A DNA stretch of 64,000 nucleotides from a virus, in the IMG/VR virus record IMGVR_UViG_3300025151_000017, positions 1 through 64,000 of that record, one strand, 5' to 3'. The position numbers and the translations under genes are program-made. Of the stretch, positions 29,095 to 38,671 are shown piece by piece. Position 1 is the first letter of the stretch. Every line of letters begins with the position of its first letter. Below the pieces are notes generated by a model, which saw only the letters and a program-made list of their open reading frames with translations, was not told where the DNA came from and did no database searches.

Positions 29095-30366
29095 ATGGAT
29101 AGAAAATCATTAATGGAAAAATGGTCACCTATTCTGGAACACGAAGGTGTAGCTCCAATTAAAGACACATACAGAAAAGAAGTCACTGCTGTACTTCTTG
29201 AGAACCAGGAAACTGCTATCAAAGAAGAAAAGCAAGCGATGTTTGAAGCTGTACATGTCAATGATGCTGCTGCTCTTCCTGACACAGGTGGTGTTGCCAA
29301 ATTTGATCCAGTACTAATTTCATTGGTACGAAGATCTGCTCCTCAGATGATCGCTTATGACATCTGTGGTGTTCAACCTATGACTCAGCCAACTGGTCTT
29401 ATCTTTGCTATGAAAGCAAGATACAGCACTCAAGGTGGTACTGAAGCATTATTTAACGAAGCTGACTCAGACTTTTCTGGTACTGGTACTCACGCAGGAT
29501 CTAATCCTGTTGATGGTACTTACACAACTGGTACTGGAATGGCTACAGCAGACGCTGAGAACCTTGGTGGTTCTGGTGGAGGAACCTTCCAAGAGATGGC
29601 TTTCTCTATCGAGAAAACTTCAGTGACTGCGAAAAGTAGAGCACTGAAAGCTGAGTACACTATCGAACTTGCTCAAGACTTGAAATCAGTTCATGGTCTT
29701 GACGCAGAGGGCGAACTTTCTAATATCCTCTCTACTGAAATTCTTTCAGAGATTAACAGAGAAGTTATCAGAACTGTGTACAAAACTGCAAAACCAGGTG
29801 CTCAAACTGGTACAGCTACTGCGGGAACTTTCGATCTTGATGTTGACGCATCTGGTCGTTGGTCAGTTGAGAAATTCAAAGGACTTCTTTTCCAAATCGA
29901 AAGAGAAGCTAATGCGGTTGCTCAGCAAACTCGTAGAGGAAAAGCTAACTTCATCATCTGTTCTTCAGATGTTGCAAGTGCTCTAGCTATGGCTGGTGTT
30001 CTTGACTACGCACCTGCTCTTTCTACTAACCTAAATGTAGACGAAGCATCTACTACTTTCGCTGGTGTCCTTAATGGTCGCTACAAAGTATATGTAGATC
30101 CTTATTCTGCAAATGGTGCAGCAAGCCAATACTTCGTTGTTGGTTATAAAGGAACTTCAGCATTTGATGCTGGTCTGTTCTACTGCCCATATGTACCTCT
30201 ACAATTGGTAAGAGCAGTAGATCCTAGCACTTTCCAACCAAAAATTGGTTTCAAAACAAGATATGGCTTTACAGCTAATCCGTTTATCCAATTGGATGGT
30301 TCTGGCGATCTAGTTGCTGACGAGAACTACTACTACAGAAGAGTTAAAGTCACTAACTTAATGTAA
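29095..30366 (+). CDS. gp23: Major capsid protein gp23
   Basis: GVQPMTQPTGLIFAM, SRALKAEYTIELAQDLK and FQPKIGFKTRYG. Confidence 0.98.
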   Translation: MDRKSLMEKWSPILEHEGVAPIKDTYRKEVTAVLLENQETAIKEEKQAMFEAVHVNDAAALPDTGGVAKFDPVLISLVRRSAPQMIAYDICGVQPMTQPTGLIFAMKARYSTQGGTEALFNEADSDFSGTGTHAGSNPVDGTYTTGTGMATADAENLGGSGGGTFQEMAFSIEKTSVTAKSRALKAEYTIELAQDLKSVHGLDAEGELSNILSTEILSEINREVIRTVYKTAKPGAQTGTATAGTFDLDVDASGRWSVEKFKGLLFQIEREANAVAQQTRRGKANFIICSSDVASALAMAGVLDYAPALSTNLNVDEASTTFAGVLNGRYKVYVDPYSANGAASQYFVVGYKGTSAFDAGLFYCPYVPLQLVRAVDPSTFQPKIGFKTRYGFTANPFIQLDGSGDLVADENYYYRRVKVTNLM

Positions 30367-30392
30367 TCTTAGGACTCTAAGGTACAATCCTG

Positions 30393-30422
30393 AAAGGGGA
30401 GACTTCGGTCTCCCCTTTTTTT
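30393..30422 (+). terminator. Rho-independent terminator after gp23
   Basis: aaaggggagac-TTCG-gtctccccttt followed by a T-run (cUUCGg tetraloop). Confidence 0.9.
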
Positions 30423-30461
30423 ATGCTTTACTTTTAAGTTTTTTTCAGGCTAAATAGTAGT

Positions 30462-30582
30462 ATCGTTCATTCACTCTAAATGTAGCAGTGGACGGAAGTA
30501 AGTAGAATAGGAAAACCTCCCACGCAAGTGGGGCAAGCAAGTACCGAAAGGGAACGAGACCGACAATCTACCGAAGGAACGC
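30462..30582 (+). ncRNA. Glutamine riboswitch (glnA/downstream-peptide class) with an enlarged P3
   Basis: 5' ATCGTTCA ... GGACGGAAGTA ... CCGAAGGAACGC hallmark segments; P2 TTCACT/AGTGGA and P3 GTAGA/TCTAC; lies upstream of a YRG peptide. Confidence 0.8.
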
Positions 30583-30640
30583 AATAGGGGAACGGAAAGA
30601 TTCTGTTCAGATATCAACCTATTACAATCTGGAGGAAACG

Positions 30641-30802
30641 ATGACTACTTTCTACAGAGGTATCAAAGTCGATGGAAACATTGCCAAGGATGAGAAATTA
30701 TCCAAAAGAGGTGGTGTTTACAGAGGTATTAAACATGGTGCCATATCAAAGGAAAGTGTAAAAGTCGCTACTGGTTTACAGTATCGTGGCATAGCACACT
30801 AA
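30641..30802 (+). CDS. DUF4278-like peptide with three YRGI repeats (53 aa)
   Basis: MTTFYRGIKVDGNIAKDEKLSKRGGVYRGIKHGAISKESVKVATGLQYRGIAH, translated by hand; GGAGG RBS at 30631. Confidence 0.8.
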   Translation: MTTFYRGIKVDGNIAKDEKLSKRGGVYRGIKHGAISKESVKVATGLQYRGIAH

Positions 30803-30810
30803 CCTAAATT

Positions 30811-30859
30811 GATGGGTAAATCTGTTATATTCTTATAATCGGTTTGCCCATCTTTTTTT
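30811..30859 (+). terminator. Rho-independent terminator
   Basis: gatgggtaaatc...ggtttgcccatc followed by T7. Confidence 0.75.
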
Positions 30860-30930
30860 ACTAAATAATTTCGGTGGTTATAAAAAAAATTCTTTTTATA
30901 ACTAAATGTAAACACTTAATAGGAAAAACC

Positions 30931-31071
30931 ATGTCCACAGTTATTAACTTAACGAAGAGCATGGTGCGAAAAACCAAAGCATTTGCCGAATTTCTAGCAT
31001 ACATTGCTCTTCCTTTAGGATTCCCTCTTGCCACATTCGTGACGATGCGAATGAGTTATTTTGGATACTAA
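30931..31071 (+). CDS. Small membrane peptide (46 aa)
   Basis: AGGA RBS before ATG 30931; hydrophobic FLAYIALPLGFPLATFV. Confidence 0.5.
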   Translation: MSTVINLTKSMVRKTKAFAEFLAYIALPLGFPLATFVTMRMSYFGY

Positions 31072-31111
31072 AGAGAACTCACACAAAACACACGAGGACG
31101 ATTGCGACTTT

Positions 31112-31225
31112 ATGGTCGAGAATCCCATGTTATACATGGTGTTCATACCGACACTAGTTGCAGTCGTTCCTTGTACAATCGCTGCAACAGTTATCTGGTT
31201 TCATCAATATTATATCGGTGTCTAG
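31112..31225 (+). CDS. Small membrane peptide
   Basis: MVENPMLYMVFIPTLVAVVPCTIAATVIWFHQYYIGV; may start at TTG 31061. Confidence 0.4.
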   Translation: MVENPMLYMVFIPTLVAVVPCTIAATVIWFHQYYIGV

Positions 31226-31261
31226 TTTCTAAAACACCTAAATAGTAGCTGGAGATGTATT

Positions 31262-31402
31262 ATGTCCAGATTGATTGAATTATACGAAAAGGCGATTGAT
31301 TGGTTTCAAGTCACTTTCGAAATAGATTACTACAAGCTAATCCTGATGGCATTTTTAGCAGGAGTCGCTGTAGGTTTGCTTGCTCTGGGAATAGTGTTGT
31401 GA
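31262..31402 (+). CDS. Small membrane protein (46 aa)
   Basis: MSRLIELYEKAIDWFQVTFEIDYYKLILMAFLAGVAVGLLALGIVL; late promoter at 31238 and GGAG RBS. Confidence 0.6.
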   Translation: MSRLIELYEKAIDWFQVTFEIDYYKLILMAFLAGVAVGLLALGIVL

Positions 31403-31551
31403 AAGAAAGTTTGTTAAAAGATATAGAGAACATCGATAAAATTATCGATAAGACTTCCGATCCTAAGTTGAAGGAAATGTGGAAGACCAAAAAAGACCTT
31501 AAAGAAAAAATAAAACAAAGGGAAAATGGCACCAGAGGAACTTCTAGCTAG
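31399..31551 (+). CDS. Small basic protein (DxxxKxMW motif)
   Basis: GTG start overlaps the upstream TGA; KTSDPKLKEMWKTK. Confidence 0.45.
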   Translation: MKESLLKDIENIDKIIDKTSDPKLKEMWKTKKDLKEKIKQRENGTRGTSS

Positions 31552-31666
31552 ACGGATTGCTAAACTTGAGCGAGTATATTTGCGTGCTCAAGACAAGCAG
31601 TTTAAAAAGATGTGGTCTACACACTTGCTACACTTAAAACGAAAACAAAAGAGGATAATTAATTGA
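31526..31666 (+). CDS. Small basic protein (DxxxKxMW motif)
   Basis: MAPEELLARRIAKLERVYLRAQDKQFKKMWSTHLLHLKRKQKRIIN; stop overlaps the gp3 start. Confidence 0.55.
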   Translation: MAPEELLARRIAKLERVYLRAQDKQFKKMWSTHLLHLKRKQKRIIN

Positions 31667-32193
31667 CAGCTTACTCAAATAAATTCCCAACTGATATTTC
31701 GCCATTAAATCCTAATGGCTTTACCTTTCAAGTTGATAGATTACCTGATACTACATTCTTTGTACAGTCAGTAAACTTGCCTGGAATTAATCTTGGTGAG
31801 TTTAATCAAGCTACACCTTATGTAGCCAATCCGATTCCTGGAGAAATAATCACATATCAAGAACTTGTGGTAGAGTTTCAGGTCGATGCACAGATGGTAA
31901 ACTGGAAAGCTATACATGATTGGATGATTGGCTTAGGATTTCCAGAAAAATATGAACAATATCTCTCCTACTTAACAGCAGATGAGAGAGCAAAGATATC
32001 TGAGATATCCCAAAACTACTCAGACTCTACATTACAAGTCTTATCAGGGCAAAATCAACCTGTAAAAACCTTTAATTTTATAGATTGTTTCCCTATTTCC
32101 CTAGAACCAATACAATTTGAAGCTAAAATGCAGGATGTGATGATGGTTTCTACTCGTGCGACCTTTAAATACGCATACTACAAGATCTCATAA
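31663..32193 (+). CDS. gp3: Tail tube terminator/completion protein gp3
   Basis: LNPNGFTF...FFVQSVNLPGI, NWKAIHDWMIGLG and FIDCFPISL. Confidence 0.8.
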   Translation: MTAYSNKFPTDISPLNPNGFTFQVDRLPDTTFFVQSVNLPGINLGEFNQATPYVANPIPGEIITYQELVVEFQVDAQMVNWKAIHDWMIGLGFPEKYEQYLSYLTADERAKISEISQNYSDSTLQVLSGQNQPVKTFNFIDCFPISLEPIQFEAKMQDVMMVSTRATFKYAYYKIS

Positions 32194-32194
32194 C

Positions 32195-32223
32195 TTTACT
32201 TTTAAGAAAAAAACCTTTAGAAT
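32195..32223 (+). promoter_or_regulatory. Early/middle sigma70-type phage promoter TTTACT-N17-TAGAAT
   Basis: Exact 17-bp spacing. The same architecture occurs at 35045, 39471, 44802, 46641, 51574, 54096 and 61190, and at 56606 with TTGATT. Confidence 0.8.
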
Positions 32224-32248
32224 TAAGGTCTAAAGGAGTATTTTTACT

Positions 32249-32686
32249 ATGAATTTACAAGAACTACAGGATGAATGGGCGAAAGACAGCTTGGTTGATG
32301 ATGACCATCTAGATAAGGAAGCTGTACGCATTCCAAACCTACACCAAAAGTATTTAAAATTCCTAATGGAGTTCAAAATGAAACTCACTAAGCAAAGAGC
32401 AGAGTTTCATCAGCTAAGACGATTAAAAATTCGCTACTACAATGGTGAATTAGGTCGTGAAGAGTTAGAAGAACATGGTTGGGAGCAATATCAAGGCATA
32501 AAACCCATAAAATCAGTACAAGATGACCTATTACATGGGGATGACGACCTAATTAAGATGACAGTACGCATATCTTACCTAGAAGACATGGTATATGCGT
32601 CGGAAAGCATCATGAAATCAATATCAAGTAGAGGTTGGGACATAAAAAACTCAATCGAATGGAAAAAGTTTATATCAGGTGCCTAA
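32249..32686 (+). CDS. uvsY: Recombination mediator UvsY
   Basis: IPNLHQKYL, YYNG and RGWDIKNSIEWKKF. Confidence 0.9.
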   Translation: MNLQELQDEWAKDSLVDDDHLDKEAVRIPNLHQKYLKFLMEFKMKLTKQRAEFHQLRRLKIRYYNGELGREELEEHGWEQYQGIKPIKSVQDDLLHGDDDLIKMTVRISYLEDMVYASESIMKSISSRGWDIKNSIEWKKFISGA

Positions 32687-34169
32687 AATAACGATAGAAA
32701 AGGCGAGTAATATACATATTCGCTGTTTTTCGGAGCCTTCGGTAGAAGCAGAGCTCTCTGACTACTTCACATATGCTGTTCCAGGTGCACAATTCACACC
32801 ACAGTACCGAAGTCGCTTATGGGATGGCAAAATTAGGCAATATGACAGAGTTCGTCATACACTTTACCTTGGATTATACCGATATGTTGAAAAATTCGCT
32901 GTTGAGCGAGGGTATGAGATAGAATGTAAGGATTTAATCGTTGTTGACCGAAAAATACCCTTTGAAGAGGTAGAAAACTGGGTAGATTCCTTACAATTAG
33001 CATCCAAAGGACGAGAACTCGCTGTCAGGGAATATCAGGTTGAAGCTATACATAAAGCTCTAAATGATGAAAGAACGCTCCTAGTCTCTCCTACTGCGTC
33101 TGGTAAATCGCTAATCATCTATTCAACCCTTAGATACCTGCTAAATCAGGGCAAAAAAGCAATCATAATAGTACCAACGACCTCTCTCGTTGAACAGCTT
33201 TATAAAGACTTCGAAGACTATTCAAGCATAAATGGATGGAATGTACCAGACCATGTGCAAAAATTATACTCAGGATTTACCAAAGATATAGATAAACAAG
33301 TATTGATTACGACTTGGCAGTCAGTTTATAAACAACCAAGACAATGGTTTGCTCAGTTTGATGTATGCTTCGGAGATGAAGCACATCAGTTTAAGGCAAG
33401 GTCGCTGACTACATGTATGGATAAATTAATTAATTGTAATTACAGGATCGGCACGACTGGTACGATTGATGGAAAGAAAGTACATAAGCTGGTATTAGAA
33501 GGTGTGTTTGGACCTGTCTTTGCTGTCACGACAACTAAAAAATTAATGGAAGATAAGAAGGTTGCCGAACTAGATATTACTTGCTTGTTATTAAAGTACG
33601 ATGAATTAACAAGGCAAGGTAGAAAAACAAACAAGTATGCTGACGAGATGGACTTCTTAGTCACTAACGATGCTAGAAATAAATTTATTGTAAACCTTGC
33701 TGCAGATTTAAAAGGGAATACACTGGTACTATATCAGTTCGTACAGAAACATGGAATCCCATTATACGAAGACCTAAATAAAAAGGTAGATGGTTCAAAG
33801 GACATCTGGTTTGTATCGGGAGATACAGTCGTAAAGGATAGGGAAAAGGTCAGAGAAATAGCAGGTGATACTGACAACAATATCATAGTTGCTTCTTTTG
33901 GTACATTCTCGACTGGCATTAATATACCATCTATCGAAAACATTATTTTCGCTTCGCCAAGTAAAAGTAAGATACGAAACTTACAATCTATTGGTAGAGG
34001 TTTAAGATTGAAGGAGGGTAAAGAAAGTTGTAATTTGTATGATGTAGCTGATGACCTATCTTGGAAATCTTGGAAGAATCATACACTCAAACACTTTTCA
34101 GAACGACTTTCTATTTACTCAGAAGAAAAATTTAACTACAAGATTGTAGAGGTAAACATAAATGGATAA
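32679..34169 (+). CDS. uvsW: DNA helicase UvsW
   Basis: SPTASGKS, DEAH and LQSIGRGLR. Confidence 0.95.
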   Translation: MPKITIEKASNIHIRCFSEPSVEAELSDYFTYAVPGAQFTPQYRSRLWDGKIRQYDRVRHTLYLGLYRYVEKFAVERGYEIECKDLIVVDRKIPFEEVENWVDSLQLASKGRELAVREYQVEAIHKALNDERTLLVSPTASGKSLIIYSTLRYLLNQGKKAIIIVPTTSLVEQLYKDFEDYSSINGWNVPDHVQKLYSGFTKDIDKQVLITTWQSVYKQPRQWFAQFDVCFGDEAHQFKARSLTTCMDKLINCNYRIGTTGTIDGKKVHKLVLEGVFGPVFAVTTTKKLMEDKKVAELDITCLLLKYDELTRQGRKTNKYADEMDFLVTNDARNKFIVNLAADLKGNTLVLYQFVQKHGIPLYEDLNKKVDGSKDIWFVSGDTVVKDREKVREIAGDTDNNIIVASFGTFSTGINIPSIENIIFASPSKSKIRNLQSIGRGLRLKEGKESCNLYDVADDLSWKSWKNHTLKHFSERLSIYSEEKFNYKIVEVNING

Positions 34170-34650
34170 ACTAATTAAAGAGGATGACGAGTTTATTTTG
34201 TTGAAGCTAACCACAGGGGAAACTCTAGTGGCTACTATTCGTGGTGAAGATACTGAAACTATTTCAGTTGAATATCCTTTTGAGTTAAAAACTATTCACG
34301 ACAGACGACAAGATATGGTCGTTGATGTCACTGCTGCTGCACCATTTTGTGGTTTCGCAGAAGATAGAAAGTTTACCTTTAGAAAAGATAATCTAATGTT
34401 TACTAAATGTCTGCATAACTTTTCTATCCCCTTTTATATCGAGTTAGTTGAAGAATACGAAAGACTAGTCGATATCCCAGTGCCAAAGAAAAGATTATCC
34501 GATACTCAAGGAATGCTAAGAAAGACTGCTCAAGCTATGCAAGAAAGAGCCGAGGAAGTATTACCTGAAGATCCAAGATTAGAGGATACTGCAGAAGTTT
34601 TAGATTACTTGCTTTCTGGCATAGGCAAAAAGAAAAAGACAATCCATTGA
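34162..34650 (+). CDS. Conserved hypothetical protein (KLxTGE motif, possibly Sm-like)
   Basis: ILLKLTTGETLVA; usual position after uvsW. Confidence 0.55.
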   Translation: MDKLIKEDDEFILLKLTTGETLVATIRGEDTETISVEYPFELKTIHDRRQDMVVDVTAAAPFCGFAEDRKFTFRKDNLMFTKCLHNFSIPFYIELVEEYERLVDIPVPKKRLSDTQGMLRKTAQAMQERAEEVLPEDPRLEDTAEVLDYLLSGIGKKKKTIH

Positions 34651-34952
34651 TAAGTATAACTCCCAAAGCTAAAGAATACATACAGAACAGACTTGTTGTC
34701 ACAGGACACAAGTATGCTAGACTATCATTGAAAGGTGGTGGTTGTAATGGTTATGAATATGAGTGGAATGAAACTGACGATAGCAGTAATGCTACAATCG
34801 TCGAGGATATTATTGTGATTGATATGATGGCAAAACCTTTTGTTGATGGTTCCGAGATCGATTACAAAGAAGATTTCGCTGGATCGCATATCGAGATTAT
34901 TAATCCGAATGTGACTAGTTCTTGTGGATGTGGAGAGTCTATTGGGTTTTAG
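34647..34952 (+). CDS. iscA: Fe-S cluster A-type carrier (IscA/SufA/HesB family)
   Basis: GGGCNGYEY, GSEIDY and NPNVTSSCGCGES. Confidence 0.9.
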   Translation: MISITPKAKEYIQNRLVVTGHKYARLSLKGGGCNGYEYEWNETDDSSNATIVEDIIVIDMMAKPFVDGSEIDYKEDFAGSHIEIINPNVTSSCGCGESIGF

Positions 34953-34988
34953 TAATTACTTTATATTGCTTAACCCCCTACACCCCAT

Positions 34989-35017
34989 AATCTACTCTGA
35001 AAAAACTTAAAAGTAAA
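34989..35017 (-). promoter_or_regulatory. Leftward copy of the phage promoter (TTTACT-N17-TAGATT), divergent from the gp55 promoter
   Basis: The minus strand reads TTTACT tttaagttttttcagag TAGATT. Confidence 0.55.
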
Positions 35018-35044
35018 GTCCCAGAATAAAAAAAATTATTATTA

Positions 35045-35073
35045 TTTACTTTTAAGAAAGTTTTATATAGAAT
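35045..35073 (+). promoter_or_regulatory. Early/middle promoter of gp55
   Basis: TTTACT-N17-TAGAAT. Confidence 0.8.
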
Positions 35074-35096
35074 AATAATTATGAATGGAGTAATAC

Positions 35097-35642
35097 ATGG
35101 CTAATGCAAAGAAAAAGCCACAGCATTATGTTGACAATAAAAAGTTCCTACAAGCACTGAAGGAATACAAAGATGCATGCACTGCTGCTGAAAAGGCAAA
35201 AGAAGACAAACCAAGAATCCCAGAGTATATCGGCGAATGTTTATTGAAGATTGGTACACACCTTTCTTACAAACCAAACTTCATCAACTATACTTACCGA
35301 GATGATATGATATTAGATGGAGTTGAGAACTGCATTCAATACATACATAACTTCGACCCAGATAAATCAGGCAACCCTTTCTCATACTTTACGCAGATTA
35401 TTTTCTATGCTTTCCTTCGCAGGATTAAGAAAGAGAAGAAGCAAACCTATGTGAAACAAAAGCTGATTGCTGAAATGGATGTTGACGCATTTATGGAAGC
35501 AGGAGAAGGGGATGAAGGCACTAACCAATATATTGAATATATGAAAAAGAACCAAACACTAGACCCATACTTTGAAGCAAAAGAAAAGAAGAAAAAGGAA
35601 AAGAAGTCGACACCTATAAGTGACGCAATGGATGATGAATAA
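35097..35642 (+). CDS. gp55: Late transcription sigma factor gp55
   Basis: HYVDNKKF, YIGEC, DMILDGVENC and NPFSYFTQIIFYAFLRRIKKEKKQ. Confidence 0.95.
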   Translation: MANAKKKPQHYVDNKKFLQALKEYKDACTAAEKAKEDKPRIPEYIGECLLKIGTHLSYKPNFINYTYRDDMILDGVENCIQYIHNFDPDKSGNPFSYFTQIIFYAFLRRIKKEKKQTYVKQKLIAEMDVDAFMEAGEGDEGTNQYIEYMKKNQTLDPYFEAKEKKKKEKKSTPISDAMDDE

Positions 35643-35886
35643 AGACGATAAGAACATATTGGTAAATTTTATTCCACTTTTAATTCTTGTTGTTGTGACA
35701 GTATTGGGAAGTTTGGCTCATTACTTATTTACTACAGGAGTGGAAAAAACAATCGTTGGATATAACGAAGAAACTGGTAAATTTATTATGAAGGAAGCGA
35801 AAGCACAAGAAGCTGGTACTATTACTATTGACCATGGTGATAGTTGTTATGCAGTAGAAGGTGTATTCGTTGTTTGCGGTCAATGA
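35635..35886 (+). CDS. Hypothetical membrane protein
   Basis: Single TM segment FIPLLILVVVTVLGSLAHYLF; start uncertain. Confidence 0.5.
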   Translation: MNKDDKNILVNFIPLLILVVVTVLGSLAHYLFTTGVEKTIVGYNEETGKFIMKEAKAQEAGTITIDHGDSCYAVEGVFVVCGQ

Positions 35887-36950
35887 GTAAAGTTGCAATT
35901 ATAACCGATTTACATTTCGGTGCTAGAGGAGATGCTCTAACTTTTTTAGATTATATGGATAAGTTCTATACGAACACTTTCTTTCCTACACTAAAAGAGC
36001 GAGGTATCAAAACTATCTTAAATCTTGGCGATACTTTCGATCGTCGTAAATACATAAATTATAATTCATTAAAAAGATCTAGACAAATGTTCTTCGATCC
36101 TATTCGTGATAATGGGATGGTTATGCATATGCTTGCTGGTAATCATGATACTTATTATAAGAACACTAATGATACAAACTCTATTGATTTACTATTAAAT
36201 GAATACAGCAATATTAATGTAATGGCAGAAGCCATGGATATAACAGTTGATGGTCGTAAGATATTTATGCTTCCCTGGATTTGTAGTGATAACTACGAAC
36301 AAAGTATGGAAAGATTGAATGATAGCGAAGCAGAAATATGTATGGGGCATTTAGAGATTGCTGGTTTCGTAATGCATCGTGGGGTTAAATCTCATGGTGG
36401 TTTAAATGCAGAAAGGTTTAGAAAGTTTGGTTTGGTTTATTCAGGTCATTACCATCATAGGAACAACGATGGGCATATATATTATCTTGGGAATCCTTAT
36501 GAATTAACATGGGCTGACTATAAAGATCCTAGAGGTTTTCATATATGGGATACAGAAACTATGGAACTTGAGTTTATAGAAAACCCATATACCATGTTTG
36601 AAAGAGTAGAGTACGATGATGTGACAAATGATTACACTGATTACGATGCTTCTATTATGGCAGAGAAATATGTAAAAGTTATTGTAAATAATAAATCAGA
36701 CTTTAAAAAGTTTGATGACTTCTTGAAAAAGATTTACAAAGCTAACCCACACGATGTAAGAATACTTGAGGATTTTGCTGAGTTTCAAGATGGCGAGATT
36801 GACGAAGAACTTAATTTAGAAGATACTATGAATATATTGACTAGTTATGTTGAAAGTGTAGAAACAACTTTAGATAAGGAAAAGATTACAGGTTTCCTTC
36901 GTGGGTTATATGCTGAAGCACAACAGTTAGAGAGTGAAACATCTGAATGA
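35883..36950 (+). CDS. gp47: Recombination endonuclease gp47 (Mre11-like)
   Basis: ITDLHFG, LGDTFDRR, GNHD and SGHYH; start at MSKVAII. Confidence 0.95.
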   Translation: MSKVAIITDLHFGARGDALTFLDYMDKFYTNTFFPTLKERGIKTILNLGDTFDRRKYINYNSLKRSRQMFFDPIRDNGMVMHMLAGNHDTYYKNTNDTNSIDLLLNEYSNINVMAEAMDITVDGRKIFMLPWICSDNYEQSMERLNDSEAEICMGHLEIAGFVMHRGVKSHGGLNAERFRKFGLVYSGHYHHRNNDGHIYYLGNPYELTWADYKDPRGFHIWDTETMELEFIENPYTMFERVEYDDVTNDYTDYDASIMAEKYVKVIVNNKSDFKKFDDFLKKIYKANPHDVRILEDFAEFQDGEIDEELNLEDTMNILTSYVESVETTLDKEKITGFLRGLYAEAQQLESETSE

Positions 36951-38668
36951 TTACATTTGAAAAGATTAAATGGCGAAACCTGTTAAGTACAGGAAACGCA
37001 TGGACTGAAGTAGATCTTAATCGTTCTACTACTACATTAATTGTAGGTAAGAATGGTGAGGGTAAATCTACTATCCTTGACGCATTAATGTTCTCTTTAT
37101 ATGGTCGTCCTTTTCGTAAAGTAAAAAAAGACCAACTGGTAAATAGTATCAATGGTAAGAATCTAGAAGTAGAGATTGAGTTTACCACACATGGCAAGCA
37201 CTATAAAGTATTACGAGGTGCTAAACCCAACAAGCTAGAGATCTGGTCAGATGGTATTAAGCTAGACTCGTTCGCAAGTAATGCTGATACACAAACTTAT
37301 TTACAAACTCAAATAATAGGTTTTGAGTGGCGAACATTTAGTAAGATGGTTATTCTAGGATCTGCTAGTTATCTACCATTTATGCAGATGGGGCAATGGC
37401 ATAGACGACAAGTTATTGAAGATATTCTTGAGATTCGTATTTTTAGAACTATGAACGAGTTGCTTACTGATAGAATGAAACTTACTAAGGAATCGTTGGT
37501 TGCTGCAGAGAATGCTATTACTATTGCTAAGAAAGATGTAGATGCTCAAAAAGAATTACTTGAACAATTAAGTACTGTAAAAGAAGAAGCTGTAGAAAAG
37601 ATAAACGAAAAGCTACGAGTAAATGAAGAAACTATTAATAACACTACTGCTCAGGTTGAACAACTAATGAAAGATGTTGATTACTTGAATACTCAAATAT
37701 CTGATAGTGGTACTGTAAACGATGATATTGAAAAAGTTAAACAGATGATGGCTGGTTTCAATAATAAGAAAGCAGGTATTAATAAAGATATACAGTTCTT
37801 TGAAGATAATGAAATATGTCCACAGTGTGAGCAAAGTATTGAAGAGTGTCATAAGAATGATATTGTCACAAAGTTAAGAGATAAACTTGGTAAGACTATG
37901 AATGATTACGATACCATTTCTCAAGCACTGGAAAAACTAAATAAAAGATATGACGAGATTGCGTCTATCAACCAGACCATTATGTCAAAGAACACAGAGG
38001 TAAGTGCTCTCAATCAATCACTTAGTTTGTTGGGAAAAACAAATAAGGACTTGGTAGAAGAACAATCTAATCTAAATATAGATGATGATAATGTTGTAAA
38101 TCAAAAAGCTAAACTGAAAGACTTAGCCAAGTTAGCAGTTGATGCTTTAGAGGAGAAAACTAGTATTGAAGAACAAAAACAAATCGAAGATGTATCTAAA
38201 ACTCTTCTGGCTGACACAGGTATCAAAACTGAGATTATTCGTCAGTACCTTCCCATCATTAACAAACTTATTAACAAGTATCTACAAGCTATGGATTTCT
38301 TCGTTCACTTTGAACTTGATGAAGATTTCAATGAAACCATTCGCTCAAGATACAGAGACGAGTTTACCTATGACAGTTTCTCGGAAGGTGAAAAGTTGAG
38401 GATAGACCTTGCGATACTATTTACTTGGAGACAAATAGCCAAGATGAAGAATTCAGTAAATACGAATCTATTACTGCTTGATGAAATTTTTGATAGCAGT
38501 ATGGATACGAGTGGTACTGATTTGTTCCTACAGGTATTGAATGAGATTGGTGAGGGAACAAATGTTTTCGTTATATCCCATAAAGGAGACCAACTTTTTG
38601 ATAAGTTTAGAAGTGTACTAAAATTTGTCAAGAAGAATGACTTCTCATCAATTCAATTAGGAGCATAA
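36947..38668 (+). CDS. gp46: Recombination ATPase gp46 (Rad50-like)
   Basis: GKNGEGKST, CPQC hook, FSEGEK and LLDE. Confidence 0.95.
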   Translation: MITFEKIKWRNLLSTGNAWTEVDLNRSTTTLIVGKNGEGKSTILDALMFSLYGRPFRKVKKDQLVNSINGKNLEVEIEFTTHGKHYKVLRGAKPNKLEIWSDGIKLDSFASNADTQTYLQTQIIGFEWRTFSKMVILGSASYLPFMQMGQWHRRQVIEDILEIRIFRTMNELLTDRMKLTKESLVAAENAITIAKKDVDAQKELLEQLSTVKEEAVEKINEKLRVNEETINNTTAQVEQLMKDVDYLNTQISDSGTVNDDIEKVKQMMAGFNNKKAGINKDIQFFEDNEICPQCEQSIEECHKNDIVTKLRDKLGKTMNDYDTISQALEKLNKRYDEIASINQTIMSKNTEVSALNQSLSLLGKTNKDLVEEQSNLNIDDDNVVNQKAKLKDLAKLAVDALEEKTSIEEQKQIEDVSKTLLADTGIKTEIIRQYLPIINKLINKYLQAMDFFVHFELDEDFNETIRSRYRDEFTYDSFSEGEKLRIDLAILFTWRQIAKMKNSVNTNLLLLDEIFDSSMDTSGTDLFLQVLNEIGEGTNVFVISHKGDQLFDKFRSVLKFVKKNDFSSIQLGA

Positions 38669-38671
38669 CAT

